A stretch of DNA of 64,000 nucleotides from Escherichia phage mogra: the sequence record MN850579.1; one strand, 5' to 3'. Shown piece after piece: positions 22,967-35,103 of the stretch. Under the pieces are notes generated by a model. The model saw only the letters and a list, made by a program, of their open reading frames with translations, did no database searches and was not told where the DNA came from. The first letter of the stretch is position 1; each line of letters opens with the position of its first letter. The position numbers were made by a program, and so were the translations under genes.

Positions 22967-25900
22967 CTAATTTAACCTGTGGTGGATTCACGGGGTCTCT
23001 TGGATTTCCTACATTATCGATTAACCGTTGTTCAACCAAATCTCTAAATCTAGAGAATGTTGTTCCGGACGCATCAAATAATGGGCTCATCAGTTTACGT
23101 CGTTCCGATGGAAGTTGACCTTGAAATATGGAGTTATTGTTTTCAGCGTTATAATCTTCAGGCAATGGATAATCTTGACCAGCCATAGGGCCTATTTCAT
23201 ATATCGCTTTACCTGTAATAGGGTCAAACTCAACATTTCCTTGTGGGTCTAATTTAGCCACTCGGTCTGCATATTTAGTCGGTAATCCAGAATCCCACTT
23301 ATAGTTTTTGTATTTATTAATAATGGTTTCAACATGTTTAAGTGTTAATCCGGTGTTAATAAACATTGTGAGAAGGGTAATTGCGATAAATCCAAATCCA
23401 ACCGGATGAACAAAACGTAATACGTCTGATTTCCAACGAGATGATGGAAGTTTAGATTTAATCTTCATTACGTAGTATGCTCTACCACGATTTATGTAAT
23501 CGATGTTGTTCTGAGAAAGCTCTTTACCTTTAATACCACGAACAATTTCACCTTCAAAACCAGGGAGTCTTTCAGCTTTAACTTCCTGTCCTTGGATTAA
23601 ACGACCTAAGAGGTTGTGAATTGTTACAGTCCATTGTAATTTACCTTTAGAGTAACTTCTCTCGATATACGTCACATTACAACGTCCTGTCGCGGTGTAT
23701 ATGGTTTGTCCGACCAAATCTTCTGTCAACGAATCAGATTCAATGATGATATCATATTCGGTCCCGGAACTAGATTCAATTTCAATTTCAACATCTTCGT
23801 TATAAAGCACTTTAAACAAGAATTTATATGACGCTTCGGTTCCTTTAGTTGAATAGAAGTCATAACTTCTTGATTCAAAGAAACGAGACACTAAATCGCG
23901 TTTTTCGGCGTTTAAGTAAATGTTTCGTTTATAAATCTCAGACCATAAATATTCCCACGCATGTTCTTCTCGCGGATATTGATTTTTAATAAGATTTAAA
24001 AGGTTGTTATAATGAGTCCCATAACCGTCAGAAAGATACTGAATATAAGCCTCGCAGAATGCTTCGAAGTTTGTATTATCTAAAAGATAAGACTCCGGCA
24101 TCATTGTAGTGAGCAATGGTCGTAAATCTGGGTCTGCAATACCGTTCTCTTCTACAGGAGTCCATGTGGTATCTTTTTCTTGGTTTTGTAACGATGCTGT
24201 TAAGAATATATTAGTAGGCTTCCAAATTATAGAAACATTATCTCTAACACGATAACTAAAATCATAATAAGAAATAATCTCACCTGATGATTTATAGAAA
24301 ATCATGCCGGATGCATATTTTTTAAATCCGGTGAAATCTACGTTAGGCATCACTATTGTACAGTCACCGTCCTTCCAATATTCATGAACTTCACGGTCTG
24401 AAGAACTAAGTGGATGATTCTCAATAACCTTAGTGTAAAGTAAATCAGAATAAATTACAACAGCCTTGTCTGAGTTATTAATCCAACATCGAGTACCGGA
24501 CTTTCTAGAATAACTAAAGAATGGCTCAGCATAGTATTCCATCGGTTGAGGAGTGAACGATTCCCATTGAGAGTCTTCAGTTGAAATAAATGCCATCATA
24601 TGATAATGTTTATCAGCCAACCATTCGCGAGGATACTCATATTTAACAGCACCGATTAAACCGTACTTGATTTGTGTTTTTGGGTCATCAACAATATCCG
24701 ATTCTAGAAATTTAAAATTACTAGATGAAATAGATAACTCAACACCATCAGTAGACATACTGGTGTACCCAGGTTCAATACGACGGCGTTCTTCTTCAGT
24801 ATTACCAAACACACGTTTAAATGTGCCAGCATCATGGTCTAGAACGTAAACGCCCTTATCAGCAGAATCAACAATAGGAGTGGTCCTCGGGTCGTCATTA
24901 AGATTAACAACTTCGCCGATAATCAGTGCAAATATTTTACCGCCAACAGAATCCATTTTATAGCAAACTGCCTTAGGGTTACCTGTGATGTTAAATGTTT
25001 CTTGTTCAAACAAACGTTCGGAATATGTCGGAGATAACGGGTCTGAATCAATAGGGGCATTACTAGTTTTAATAAAACGAACTTTATCTCGAGCAGCAAC
25101 GTATACATAATCGTCGTTGCAAACGATAGCTTCTGCAATACGTGATACGTTAGCAGGTAATGATGCGTAGTTACCAAATATTTCTACATCAAATCCTAAA
25201 TTTAACTGGTCACCAATTTTAGCAAATGTTATATCTTGAGAACTAAATCTCACATCATCAGCAGACCAACGAACGTCAGTTGATTTACGGCCGTAAAATA
25301 ATTTATCATACCCAAGAACATACGTGGTATAACCTGTCTGGTAATACACTGTTCTTGATACAGGGTACCCTACACGGTCATTAAACAATTTAACCGATTT
25401 CCAGGTTTGTCCCTTATCATTAGAGACTTTAACCACAGGCTGATATCGTTCAAACAAATAAAGAATTCCTTCGGATTCCATCAAATAAACACGGTTTATA
25501 TCATGACACACCTGTTGAATCGAACCTTGAATTTCATGATACTCATTTTCGCCAATAATGAAATTTTTAATAGATGAAATATCCGCATAAGCAGGGCTAA
25601 ATTGGAACGATTCATTCATTAGAGCTGCCATTATAGTGTCGTTATTAAAATCGACATAAGACATGTTGTTATTTGTAAATTTTTCTCTAATAAAAGTGTT
25701 AGCCAATTGCATTTCAATCATATGTTGAAATGTATACGCGTTAGTCTGAAATGATTCAAATATTTCGGTATATACCCAATCAGATCTCTCGAAGCCTTCG
25801 GCGGCAGTTGATACACGAATAATATAAGAAGTTAATGGGTCTAAGCTACTTTCGAACCAGCTGCTATTAGGAGTATATCCTAAATTTATCCATCTGTAGC

Positions 25901-26057
25901 TGGCAGGGGGAATTATTTCCCCGTCTGCCGTTTTAGTCTCAGCGATTTCTACGAAATAGTAGAAATTAGCACCAACGTCATCCCAGCGTATTTGAACTTG
26001 GTTAGCGGACAACTTGGATATTCTGAGACTTGTGACTGCTGGCGCTTTTACTGTCAT
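22959..26057 (-). CDS. 7: gp7 baseplate wedge protein
   Basis: 1032 aa, same length as T4 gp7. Confidence 0.95.
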   Translation of the reverse strand: MTVKAPAVTSLRISKLSANQVQIRWDDVGANFYYFVEIAETKTADGEIIPPASYRWINLGYTPNSSWFESSLDPLTSYIIRVSTAAEGFERSDWVYTEIFESFQTNAYTFQHMIEMQLANTFIREKFTNNNMSYVDFNNDTIMAALMNESFQFSPAYADISSIKNFIIGENEYHEIQGSIQQVCHDINRVYLMESEGILYLFERYQPVVKVSNDKGQTWKSVKLFNDRVGYPVSRTVYYQTGYTTYVLGYDKLFYGRKSTDVRWSADDVRFSSQDITFAKIGDQLNLGFDVEIFGNYASLPANVSRIAEAIVCNDDYVYVAARDKVRFIKTSNAPIDSDPLSPTYSERLFEQETFNITGNPKAVCYKMDSVGGKIFALIIGEVVNLNDDPRTTPIVDSADKGVYVLDHDAGTFKRVFGNTEEERRRIEPGYTSMSTDGVELSISSSNFKFLESDIVDDPKTQIKYGLIGAVKYEYPREWLADKHYHMMAFISTEDSQWESFTPQPMEYYAEPFFSYSRKSGTRCWINNSDKAVVIYSDLLYTKVIENHPLSSSDREVHEYWKDGDCTIVMPNVDFTGFKKYASGMIFYKSSGEIISYYDFSYRVRDNVSIIWKPTNIFLTASLQNQEKDTTWTPVEENGIADPDLRPLLTTMMPESYLLDNTNFEAFCEAYIQYLSDGYGTHYNNLLNLIKNQYPREEHAWEYLWSEIYKRNIYLNAEKRDLVSRFFESRSYDFYSTKGTEASYKFLFKVLYNEDVEIEIESSSGTEYDIIIESDSLTEDLVGQTIYTATGRCNVTYIERSYSKGKLQWTVTIHNLLGRLIQGQEVKAERLPGFEGEIVRGIKGKELSQNNIDYINRGRAYYVMKIKSKLPSSRWKSDVLRFVHPVGFGFIAITLLTMFINTGLTLKHVETIINKYKNYKWDSGLPTKYADRVAKLDPQGNVEFDPITGKAIYEIGPMAGQDYPLPEDYNAENNNSIFQGQLPSERRKLMSPLFDASGTTFSRFRDLVEQRLIDNVGNPRDPVNPPQVKLDE

Positions 26058-28027
26058 TGTGAAATAGGCTCCAAATCTATAGTTAAGTACTGAGGACGTA
26101 AGTCATTTTCGAATACGATTAAAGAACCATCCTTTGTAAAAATAATATCATCTGCAGGGTCGGAATAAAGTTCAATTGTTTGAACTTCAAAACGGTCTGA
26201 AGTGAGGTCAATTTTAGCAATGTTCCAATAAATCGAATCGGCAGGATAATTCACTTCACCAATTGAATAGTATTTGTTTCGTCCGTCAGTAACAGTAAGT
26301 TTATTAAAATCATTACCTGTATAAGGTTGTATATTTTCGTTTTCAACAACATCACCGTCCGCAAATGGACCAATAATAACTTGACCTATGCCACGGTCAT
26401 TACGGTCAGAAGATACTATGCGAACACCATATTTAATAGTTTCGTTTGCATTTTCTGGATTAGGTCTGTGCGAATCAAACGAGAATATATTAGATTCCAT
26501 CGATCTATCTTTAATCTGATTATTGTATTTAATACCGGCCTCAGGCGTTTTATAGAAGTTTTGTACTTCGCGAACCATTTGAATAGTAGCTGAAGAACCA
26601 ATAATAGAAATATCTGCATCATCGACATAAGTTAGCATTTTAGATTTTGCAAACGATGAGTTAAAAATTTCTACATCTTCAATATAATATCGGTCAATTT
26701 TATTAATAATTTGCCCTTCAAGATATTGCTCTGATTCTTGAAGTTTATTCAACGCGTATGTAACTTTGATATTCATTTTGATAAACAAATAATCAGGCGA
26801 AATAACAACAGGTGTAATAGTCCCTAAGTTATAATCATTCAAATAGTTTTTGATATCATCACGTTGGACAGAAGTCAAATACAATCCAGATTTAGGCTTA
26901 GCAGCAATATATGCGTACCCTGGTTTAGATGAATCTGTGAATGTTTGAACCGCCTGAATAATAGAACCAAACCGCTCAGAAACGAATGTGTCATAGTCGG
27001 AAGCGGTTACACAACGTTGTTGAGTTTCGCGTTTAATTGTGCCTAATTCGCGGATACGTTCAATATCTTCAGGGTCACCACCGCCGTCGGCCCCAACAAA
27101 GTCTGGGTTATTGCTAGGGTTCTCATTAATATCTATTACCGTGATATTAGCTAATGTATCAGCATAAGAAAATCCTACAGCACCGTTAGCATCTGCGCCA
27201 TTAGTAGAAATATACTCAATTACGATTTTAGAACCCTGAACAGGTTTAAGGCCACCAATATAGTTAGATGTTAACGCACCTTCTGACGTGTTAATAGAGA
27301 TTTCGCCTTCACCAAAATAAAATTCGGTGTTCCCATCAACTGTTTCACGCATATAATAGATTGTTGACGTAGAACCAGCGTGAACCATCGACTTACGAGT
27401 CCAGTTAATCCATTCTGCTCCGTCAACATACAACTTAACCAAATTACGGTCAATATTCTTATCACGAATAATGATAGGTTTTAATCTATCAAATGTTAAT
27501 TCAGTGCGAACAATACGTCCTTGAGCTAATCGAAGACGTGGAAAATATTGGTTATTTTTGTCTTTAACTACAATGACATCTTCAGTAGAAACAAAGTTAT
27601 ACGGGTTAACAGAAGTATCTTTAGCGTATGCTAAGAAACGAGTGCCACGTGGAATGGTGATATAGTTTCTATTTAATGCATCCGTACATGTGAGCATAAT
27701 TTCTGTTTGTGCTGCTGATTTAGATGAAGGCAGATATCCGTTATCTTGAGCCGCTTGTACAACAGAACTACGCAAGTTTGCAGTACGCATAAAACTTTCA
27801 TATACTGCACTATTACTGAACTGTTGGATGTAAAGAGTGTTATATGCTAAAAGGTCACACAATACGTTTAAGCGTGAACCTTCAAAATCATAATCAAGAA
27901 ATTCATTCTGCCCATTGAGCCATTCAATAATGTTCTGTTTGATTTCGGCAAATGTGCCCCCGATAAAAATCTCGGGAATAGCATTCGCTGTTCGGGTTAA
28001 TTGATAATTTACAGGAGTGTTTGCCAT
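26054..28027 (-). CDS. 6: gp6 baseplate wedge protein
   Basis: Start set at internal Met (MANTPVNYQLTRTANAIPEIF...), matching T4 gp6 N-terminus; about 657 aa. Confidence 0.93.
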   Translation of the reverse strand: MANTPVNYQLTRTANAIPEIFIGGTFAEIKQNIIEWLNGQNEFLDYDFEGSRLNVLCDLLAYNTLYIQQFSNSAVYESFMRTANLRSSVVQAAQDNGYLPSSKSAAQTEIMLTCTDALNRNYITIPRGTRFLAYAKDTSVNPYNFVSTEDVIVVKDKNNQYFPRLRLAQGRIVRTELTFDRLKPIIIRDKNIDRNLVKLYVDGAEWINWTRKSMVHAGSTSTIYYMRETVDGNTEFYFGEGEISINTSEGALTSNYIGGLKPVQGSKIVIEYISTNGADANGAVGFSYADTLANITVIDINENPSNNPDFVGADGGGDPEDIERIRELGTIKRETQQRCVTASDYDTFVSERFGSIIQAVQTFTDSSKPGYAYIAAKPKSGLYLTSVQRDDIKNYLNDYNLGTITPVVISPDYLFIKMNIKVTYALNKLQESEQYLEGQIINKIDRYYIEDVEIFNSSFAKSKMLTYVDDADISIIGSSATIQMVREVQNFYKTPEAGIKYNNQIKDRSMESNIFSFDSHRPNPENANETIKYGVRIVSSDRNDRGIGQVIIGPFADGDVVENENIQPYTGNDFNKLTVTDGRNKYYSIGEVNYPADSIYWNIAKIDLTSDRFEVQTIELYSDPADDIIFTKDGSLIVFENDLRPQYLTIDLEPISQ

Positions 28028-28035
28028 TTTAATTC

Positions 28036-28329
28036 CTATTTTATAAAGACTTTTGACGAGGCCTGAGAAACAGTATCCCCGCATGAAATTGGGTCAGCCA
28101 TTTGAACGGCCTTTTTACCGGTGACGTATACTTTAGATGTACGAGGTTCAGTAACACCTCCATGAGTCTCGTATGGTTTTTTAATTTCTGTATGAGGTGT
28201 TATTTGGTCTCCTGCCACAAGAACAGGAATACCGCCGGTGAACACTTTAGATTGGGAAGCATTTATTACAGTAGGAGGCCATGCTTCATGGCCTGTTGTA
28301 ACGCACTTGTCGTAACTTAAGCCAGACAT
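28036..28329 (-). CDS. 5.4: gp5.4 PAAR-like spike tip protein
   Basis: 97 aa from internal Met (MSGLSYDKC...), matching T4 gp5.4 length; between 5.1 and 6. Confidence 0.8.
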   Translation of the reverse strand: MSGLSYDKCVTTGHEAWPPTVINASQSKVFTGGIPVLVAGDQITPHTEIKKPYETHGGVTEPRTSKVYVTGKKAVQMADPISCGDTVSQASSKVFIK

Positions 28330-28331
28330 TT

Positions 28332-28847
28332 TCACGGCCTCACATAAACATAGTTTCGTAATTGTTGAGCCCATTTGCTCCAATTTCCTACTATAGTTTT
28401 TGTATAAACCTTAGTAAGAGTTTTTTGTACTGGAGCCGGTGGAGGTTCTGTACCAGAGTCACTTCTAGAACCGCCTGATGAACTTTCTTCTTGGTAGTTA
28501 TAAATCATTTCAACCGTATAACTAAACACTTTACGAAGATTCTGAGGAGCTCTCCACAAATATAACTGTGTGGATTCATCTTTTGGTAAATCATCCCATG
28601 AAGATGCGGTTTCAAAATCATCATTTAATCGGTATTTCAATGCGTCCGAAGAAAAGCTAAACACACTTTCATATGTTCCATATAAACGATTACCATCTAC
28701 CGTAATGCCTTGTGTCGGTTCATAATCTGTTATATTTATTGACACTAAAGTTTCGGTTGTTTCTAACTGTGGAGTAAAAAGGACGTCAATAGACGCCCCT
28801 TCCATGTCTTCTCCTAAGTCGGTATTTAAAGGAAGTATTTGTGCCAT
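28332..28847 (-). CDS. 5.1: gp5.1-like protein
   Basis: 171 aa ORF immediately downstream of gene 5. Confidence 0.6.
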   Translation of the reverse strand: MAQILPLNTDLGEDMEGASIDVLFTPQLETTETLVSINITDYEPTQGITVDGNRLYGTYESVFSFSSDALKYRLNDDFETASSWDDLPKDESTQLYLWRAPQNLRKVFSYTVEMIYNYQEESSSGGSRSDSGTEPPPAPVQKTLTKVYTKTIVGNWSKWAQQLRNYVYVRP

Positions 28848-28850
28848 ATA

Positions 28851-30584
28851 TTACCCAATATCAATACGAGATCCGTCAACAGTGTATTGTCCTGAAGCTA
28901 CTGAGCTCATTGTAGACATTGTTTCTGCCCAATCCCCGGCAACAGTCATGTCAACATTACCATTAACAGTCCATTTAACGTTTCCGTTGACGGTGTAATC
29001 ATGATTCCCTTCGACCTGAGTTTTAGCATCACCTTTAACAAGAATATCTGCATTTCCGTCAACAACTATTTTGATATTACCCTTAACGTAAAGAGTTCCA
29101 TCGCCTTCAACAGTTTTAGCTTGGTTACCACGAATAAAGATTGTGTCATTGCCGTCTATTTGATGGAGGCGGTCTGCCATGTTATAATATATTTCATTAG
29201 CACCAACGTTAACAAGCTTATCGCCAGAAATCAAGAAGTTCCCATCACCATTAGTGATGTCAAAAAGGTCTTCTACAGTTTTACGAGTACGACGCCCAGA
29301 CGGAGAAACTTCCTCATATGACCCTGTTGGATGAACTAAGCGATAACGTTCATTACCTGGAGTATCGTCAAATTCTTGGATATGACCACTTTCTGTTTCC
29401 ATAGCATGAACATATGGGTACTCACCACGATAACTTGATTCCGGTTCTTTAAAAAGGATGCGTGAATCTAATGGAACAGGAGGACCAGCCGGGTCTTCTG
29501 AATCGGTATTTCTAGTAACTAAATCGGCACCAACTCCTGGTGAAGGCGGTGTTTTAACAGGAACACCGTATGATTCCATGTTACCAGTTAAAATAATTGT
29601 TGTTACACGTGAAGCGCGTCCTTTAGTCTGTTGGAACCATAATGAATCGCGCCCAGATTTGTATGCAGTTTTCCAATCGCCTTCGGCCATTGCTTTAAGC
29701 ATAGTATTGAATTTTGCTACACCACCAACGCCCATTTGGAAGCACATGTTTTCTAATGCCATTTGGCGAGATCTGTTCATTTTAGCATAAACAGGACCTA
29801 CTTTAGAATTAGAACGAATGTCTTTCTGCATCTTAGCAAGGTCCTTCTCAAATAACGCTGTTGCTTCTTCTAATGTAATAGTTCCGGGATTTCCTGTTAC
29901 TTCACGCCCTACTTGATCAGATAACAATTTATTAATTCGAGACATATCTCGGGTCTTTTCCATTACGATAAGGTGTCCAATACCTACTGTAGGATACCCG
30001 AGATGGTCCCAATACACTTTATCACGAAGACCTTCGTCACGACGTAACATTTCTGTTATTGTAAAATTAGGGTCATCATCTTCTGGAATATTTGCTAAAT
30101 CTGTATCGTCTGGGTTTATACCATAATCCAAGTTGTTATCTTGAATTACGTTAGAGTTCGAATAATAACCAGCTTCACCACCTTGGTTTAATACGTTCGT
30201 ATCATTACCTAAACGTCGCGGATACTGGCCTGTCGGGTCTGAAAAACCTTCAAGTCTATTAGGCTTTTCACGTACAATTCCGCCATATGTACCAAGTACA
30301 ATTCCGTTTGTTTTCCATTTGTCTAAGAAATGACCATATACTCGAGTTCCTTCAACAGGACCTGTAACAGAACCACCAATACCTGACATTGATGCAGACG
30401 TAATAGGTTGAATAACAGTCATCCATGGAAGTTTTTCTGTAGGAATACCCTGCACATCGCCTTGTACTCTCTGTGCGGGATGAAGCCCAACTACTCGCAC
30501 TCGAACTCGCCCTTGTTTTAATGGGTCCATTCTGTCCTCGACAACACCCACGAACCAATTAAGGCTACTGCTAATCATTTCCAT
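28851..30584 (-). CDS. 5: gp5 baseplate hub / tail lysozyme
   Basis: 577 aa; central T4-lysozyme-like domain and C-terminal beta-helix repeats (VKGNIKIVVDGNADILVKGDAKTQVEGN...). Confidence 0.95.
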   Translation of the reverse strand: MEMISSSLNWFVGVVEDRMDPLKQGRVRVRVVGLHPAQRVQGDVQGIPTEKLPWMTVIQPITSASMSGIGGSVTGPVEGTRVYGHFLDKWKTNGIVLGTYGGIVREKPNRLEGFSDPTGQYPRRLGNDTNVLNQGGEAGYYSNSNVIQDNNLDYGINPDDTDLANIPEDDDPNFTITEMLRRDEGLRDKVYWDHLGYPTVGIGHLIVMEKTRDMSRINKLLSDQVGREVTGNPGTITLEEATALFEKDLAKMQKDIRSNSKVGPVYAKMNRSRQMALENMCFQMGVGGVAKFNTMLKAMAEGDWKTAYKSGRDSLWFQQTKGRASRVTTIILTGNMESYGVPVKTPPSPGVGADLVTRNTDSEDPAGPPVPLDSRILFKEPESSYRGEYPYVHAMETESGHIQEFDDTPGNERYRLVHPTGSYEEVSPSGRRTRKTVEDLFDITNGDGNFLISGDKLVNVGANEIYYNMADRLHQIDGNDTIFIRGNQAKTVEGDGTLYVKGNIKIVVDGNADILVKGDAKTQVEGNHDYTVNGNVKWTVNGNVDMTVAGDWAETMSTMSSVASGQYTVDGSRIDIG

Positions 30585-31159
30585 TATGCAATCTCCATCT
30601 CACGAATCAAATCAGTAATAAACGAGTTTATATCTTCTTTTGCAACAATTTTTATTTTACGAAGTTTTTCATTATCTAATACTGCCGCTTCATAAGTATC
30701 TACTGCAGCTAAAGGTCCTTTATATTGCGGATACTTACGAGCTTCATCACCTTTATCATACCAAACTAAAGGCTCGTCTGGATATGAAACTAAATTGTAA
30801 AATTTCTCACGGTTCTCATTAATATGGTAAAGAATTTGGTCTCCACCAGCATTAGCATATTTCTGAATAGAAGCTTGATACGCTGCTTCCTGAGATGTAA
30901 TCCAACCATAATACGGGTCGTAGTTATCGTTGCACATCAAAAGAACCCAGTATAATTGCGGGTTGCCATAAATGATATTCGCTAGTTCTTCAGGACGTGG
31001 AGAGCCTTTAATATAATAAGAACGTAATCTATAATTGGCAGCAACACGCTTAAAGTACTCTTTATAGTTACGAAATATATCTGTCATAGGAATAGTAGGT
31101 GCGTTCTTATTAACTGTTTTAGCACTATATCCTATCGGGTCGAAGAATGTAAATAACAA
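30584..31159 (-). CDS. 53: gp53 baseplate wedge protein
   Basis: 191 aa in T4 gene 53 position upstream of gene 5. Confidence 0.88.
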   Translation of the reverse strand: MLFTFFDPIGYSAKTVNKNAPTIPMTDIFRNYKEYFKRVAANYRLRSYYIKGSPRPEELANIIYGNPQLYWVLLMCNDNYDPYYGWITSQEAAYQASIQKYANAGGDQILYHINENREKFYNLVSYPDEPLVWYDKGDEARKYPQYKGPLAAVDTYEAAVLDNEKLRKIKIVAKEDINSFITDLIREMEIA

Positions 31160-31186
31160 GATAGTCTCCTTCCAATATGAAATTGG

Positions 31187-31194
31187 TATAAATA
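31187..31194 (+). promoter_or_regulatory. Late promoter (TATAAATA) for gene 4
   Basis: Plus-strand TATAAATA 27 nt upstream of gene 4 ATG. Confidence 0.6.
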
Positions 31195-31201
31195 ATAATA
31201 C

Positions 31202-31209
31202 TATTTATA
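31202..31209 (-). promoter_or_regulatory. Late promoter (TATAAATA) for gene 53 operon
   Basis: Minus-strand TATAAATA 43 nt upstream of gene 53 ATG; divergent from gene 4 promoter. Confidence 0.55.
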
Positions 31210-31220
31210 AGGAGGACAAC

Positions 31221-31670
31221 ATGGCCTACTCTGGTAAATGGGTCCCAAAAAATTTAAAAAAATACCGTGGAGACCATACCAAAATAACGTATCGTTCAAA
31301 CTGGGAAAAATTCTTTTTCGAATGGTTGGATAAAAATCCAGAAATTATTGCATGGGGTAGTGAAACAGCAGTAATTCCATATTTTTGTAATGCTGAAGGT
31401 AAGAAACGTCGATACTATATGGACATATGGATGAAAGATGCATCAGGTCAAGAGTTCTTTGTAGAAATAAAACCAAAGAAAGAAACTCAGCCACCTATTA
31501 AACCGGTGAATCTTACAACTGCGGCTAAGAAACGTTATATGAATGAAATCTACACGTGGTCTGTGAACTGTGACAAATGGAAAGCTGCCTCAGCTGTTGC
31601 TGAAAAGAGAAATATAAAATTTCGAGTTCTAACCGAAGATGGTCTTAGAAAACTCGGATACAAGGGGTAA
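31221..31670 (+). CDS. 4: gp4 head completion protein
   Basis: 149 aa; T4 position adjacent to gene 53; strong SD TAAGGAGG. Confidence 0.88.
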   Translation: MAYSGKWVPKNLKKYRGDHTKITYRSNWEKFFFEWLDKNPEIIAWGSETAVIPYFCNAEGKKRRYYMDIWMKDASGQEFFVEIKPKKETQPPIKPVNLTTAAKKRYMNEIYTWSVNCDKWKAASAVAEKRNIKFRVLTEDGLRKLGYKG

Positions 31671-31672
31671 TT

Positions 31673-32494
31673 ATGAGCATATTCCAAATTATATCTGAAG
31701 GCGTACAAGCCCCTAAGATTGCTCAGTCTATGAATGAAAGAAAATGGATTGAGATAGGATTAGAATACAAGAAAGCTAAAGAGAAAGGAATCACTGCAAA
31801 AGCATTTGCAGAATCAAAAGGAATAAAATACTCGTCGTTTACATCTGCAATGTCTAGATATGCATCATCTATTAAGACTGCACAGAAAATTGAAACGCTT
31901 GAATCTAAACCTAAAAATAAACTCAATAAGCAAGAACGTCAACTTCTGATGATAAACTCGTTTCGCAGTTCAATACGAGAAAAGATTAGAAATGAAGGCG
32001 CAGCAGTAAACAACAAATCATCTAAGTGGTTTGTTGAAACAATTAAGAAAAGTGTAAAAGGTCATAAAGTAGTCAAGCCTACACCAGGCAAAATTTATAC
32101 TTACGTGTATGATGCTAAACATAAAGATACTCTACCGTATTGGGACAGATATCCTTTGATTATTTATTTAGGATTAGGTAAACATAATTTGATGTATGGG
32201 TTAAACTTGCACTACATCCCACCTAAAGCACGACAACAGTTTCTTGAAGAATTGCTGAAGCAATATGCTAGCACAACTACTATTACTAATAACACAAAGT
32301 TGAAGATAGACTGGAGCAAGGTGAAAGGATTTCAAGGTGCTGACAAAATGATTAAAGCATACCTGCCAGGCCACATTAGAGGAACAATAACAGAAATAGC
32401 TCCTAAAGACTGGGCTAACATAATCATGTTACCTACTCAGCAGTTTATGTCAAAAGGAAAACGTTTCTCTGCGAATACTGTTTGGAAATCTTAA
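31673..32494 (+). CDS. 2: gp2 DNA end protector protein
   Basis: 273 aa in T4 gene 2 position. Confidence 0.88.
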   Translation: MSIFQIISEGVQAPKIAQSMNERKWIEIGLEYKKAKEKGITAKAFAESKGIKYSSFTSAMSRYASSIKTAQKIETLESKPKNKLNKQERQLLMINSFRSSIREKIRNEGAAVNNKSSKWFVETIKKSVKGHKVVKPTPGKIYTYVYDAKHKDTLPYWDRYPLIIYLGLGKHNLMYGLNLHYIPPKARQQFLEELLKQYASTTTITNNTKLKIDWSKVKGFQGADKMIKAYLPGHIRGTITEIAPKDWANIIMLPTQQFMSKGKRFSANTVWKS

Positions 32495-32588
32495 TTCTAT
32501 TCTCTTCCGTTCTTCTGTTGAACCAGATTAATGGAAGAGACCTAAAACCATTATACTGCATTTTTATTAAAGCGTTTTTGAGGTGCTT

Positions 32589-33173
32589 ATGACTCGTCCA
32601 ACGAGACAGATTTTTAACCAAACAAATATAACAAACTTTGTTGTGGATATCCCAGATAGTACACGAACTTCAGGTTTTGTGCTCAATGCCCAAACGGCTC
32701 CATTGCCAGGTGTGAGAATTCCTGTTGTTGAAACTGTGACAGGCACGATGGGGTTAGGACGTGCAATGCGTGCAGGCACCACATTTGAATACGACCCTTT
32801 TGTTGTACGATTTATAGTTGATGAAGACATGACGTCCTGGATGAACATGTATAAATGGATGCTCAGCACTAATAACTATATAACCGGACATAATACGGCA
32901 CACTCCGATGGTCCTGAGTTTGTTACTTTGCACATTTTAAACAACAATAAGACTGAAGTAGTTTTGACGGCGAATTTCTATAAACCATGGATTTCCGATC
33001 TGAGCGAAATTGAATTTAGTTACACTGAAGATTCTGACCCTGCCGTTACGTGCGTAGCAACTATTCACTACGCGTATATGACGATAGAAAAAGACGGCGA
33101 AGTCATTGTATCTCAACAACCACGTCAGGCGGCCGAATCTAAATCCATTTCTAGACACCCTTCCTTGCGTTAA
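32589..33173 (+). CDS. 3: gp3 tail completion / tail tube terminator
   Basis: ATG after GAGGTG SD (ORF-track start is an upstream GTG); T4 gene 3 position. Confidence 0.85.
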   Translation: MTRPTRQIFNQTNITNFVVDIPDSTRTSGFVLNAQTAPLPGVRIPVVETVTGTMGLGRAMRAGTTFEYDPFVVRFIVDEDMTSWMNMYKWMLSTNNYITGHNTAHSDGPEFVTLHILNNNKTEVVLTANFYKPWISDLSEIEFSYTEDSDPAVTCVATIHYAYMTIEKDGEVIVSQQPRQAAESKSISRHPSLR

Positions 33174-33226
33174 TCGCTTCTAGCTCCGTATGTTATAATC
33201 ACTCATAAATTATATGAGGAAAACCT

Positions 33227-33961
33227 ATGGAGCTAATCTTTTTAAGTGGCATCAAACGTAGTGGTAAAGACACTACTGCTGATTATATCAATTCAAACTT
33301 TAAATCCGTAAAATACCAATTAGCATATCCAATTAAAGACGCTCTAGCAATAGCCTGGGGACGTAGGCATGCTGAAGATCCTGATGTATTCACTGAGTTG
33401 AAATACGAATACTTTGAAGGCATTGGATACGACCGTGAAACACCATTAAATCTCAATAAGTTGGATGTTATTGAATTATTGGAAGAAGCGCTAATTTATT
33501 TGCAAAGCAAATATTTACCAATTAATAATGTTAAAGTATTATCATCGTTAGAAGGTGGATATTCGTATCTAGATATTAAACCATATGAAGCCATGCGTGA
33601 AGCTATAAATAATATCAACGACACATGGTCAATCCGCCGTCTTATGCAAGCCCTCGGTACGGATGTTGTCGTTAATTTATTTGACCGTATGTATTGGGTT
33701 AAGCTTTTTGCATTAAACTATATGGATTATATTGGAAGTGATTTCGATTACTATGTCGTAACCGATACACGTCAAGTCCATGAAATGGAAACCGCTAGAG
33801 CGATGGGTGCTACAGTTATTCATGTGGTTCGCTCTGGTACGGAATCCACCGATAAACATATTACAGAAGCTGGGTTGCCTATTGAAGAAGGCGATTTAGT
33901 TATTACAAACGACGGCTCTTTAGAAGAGCTTTATTCTAAAATTGAAACAATCTTAAGGTAA
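33227..33961 (+). CDS. 1: gp1 dNMP kinase
   Basis: 244 aa; P-loop SGIKRSGKDTTAD matches T4 gp1. Confidence 0.93.
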   Translation: MELIFLSGIKRSGKDTTADYINSNFKSVKYQLAYPIKDALAIAWGRRHAEDPDVFTELKYEYFEGIGYDRETPLNLNKLDVIELLEEALIYLQSKYLPINNVKVLSSLEGGYSYLDIKPYEAMREAINNINDTWSIRRLMQALGTDVVVNLFDRMYWVKLFALNYMDYIGSDFDYYVVTDTRQVHEMETARAMGATVIHVVRSGTESTDKHITEAGLPIEEGDLVITNDGSLEELYSKIETILR

Positions 33962-33965
33962 TAAA

Positions 33966-34651
<686 letters not shown>

Positions 34652-34664
34652 TTTTCACAAAACA

Positions 34665-34730
34665 GTTTACATAAGGATGTTGGTGTGATACTATCATCCT
34701 ATCAAATCACAAACCAAACGGAAAAAACAA
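34665..34730 (+). promoter_or_regulatory. Early promoter cassette (PeSL-like)
   Basis: GTTTAC -35, 17-bp spacer, GATACTAT -10 between GGATG/CATCC arms. Confidence 0.65.
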
Positions 34731-35042
34731 ATGAAAACTTATCAAGAGTTTATCGCTGAAGCTACTAAAGCCGATAAAAATTTTATTATTAACACCACCG
34801 GTCCGTTAGATGATGAATACGCTAATGCTATTATTAAGTCAATTTCTAATCAAGGCGTTGAAGTAACAAATTTCGAATATAAGAAAAATGATACTTATAT
34901 GATAATTAGTATCAAAAAAGGTTCAAAAGCCAAAATTAAATCTGCGTTTGGTGTTATGCGAGTTGACCAAATCGATAACCACGATTTTTCACAAACAGGG
35001 GTCAAACGCCAAAATACCATTTCTTCTAAAGGCATAAAATAA
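34731..35042 (+). CDS. ipI: Internal protein (IPI-like) with capsid-targeting sequence
   Basis: N-terminus MKTYQEFIAEA is the T4 capsid-targeting sequence with gp21 L/I-x-E site; next to 57B as in T4. Confidence 0.75.
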   Translation: MKTYQEFIAEATKADKNFIINTTGPLDDEYANAIIKSISNQGVEVTNFEYKKNDTYMIISIKKGSKAKIKSAFGVMRVDQIDNHDFSQTGVKRQNTISSKGIK

Positions 35043-35103
35043 TTTACAACAAGATAGGACTATGTTATAGTAGTCCTATCAAAACAACCAAACGGAACCT
35101 AAA
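35043..35103 (+). promoter_or_regulatory. Early promoter cassette (PeSL)
   Basis: TTTACA -35, 17-bp spacer, TGT-TATAGT -10 in loop of TAGGACTA/TAGTCCTA 8-bp hairpin. Confidence 0.7.
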
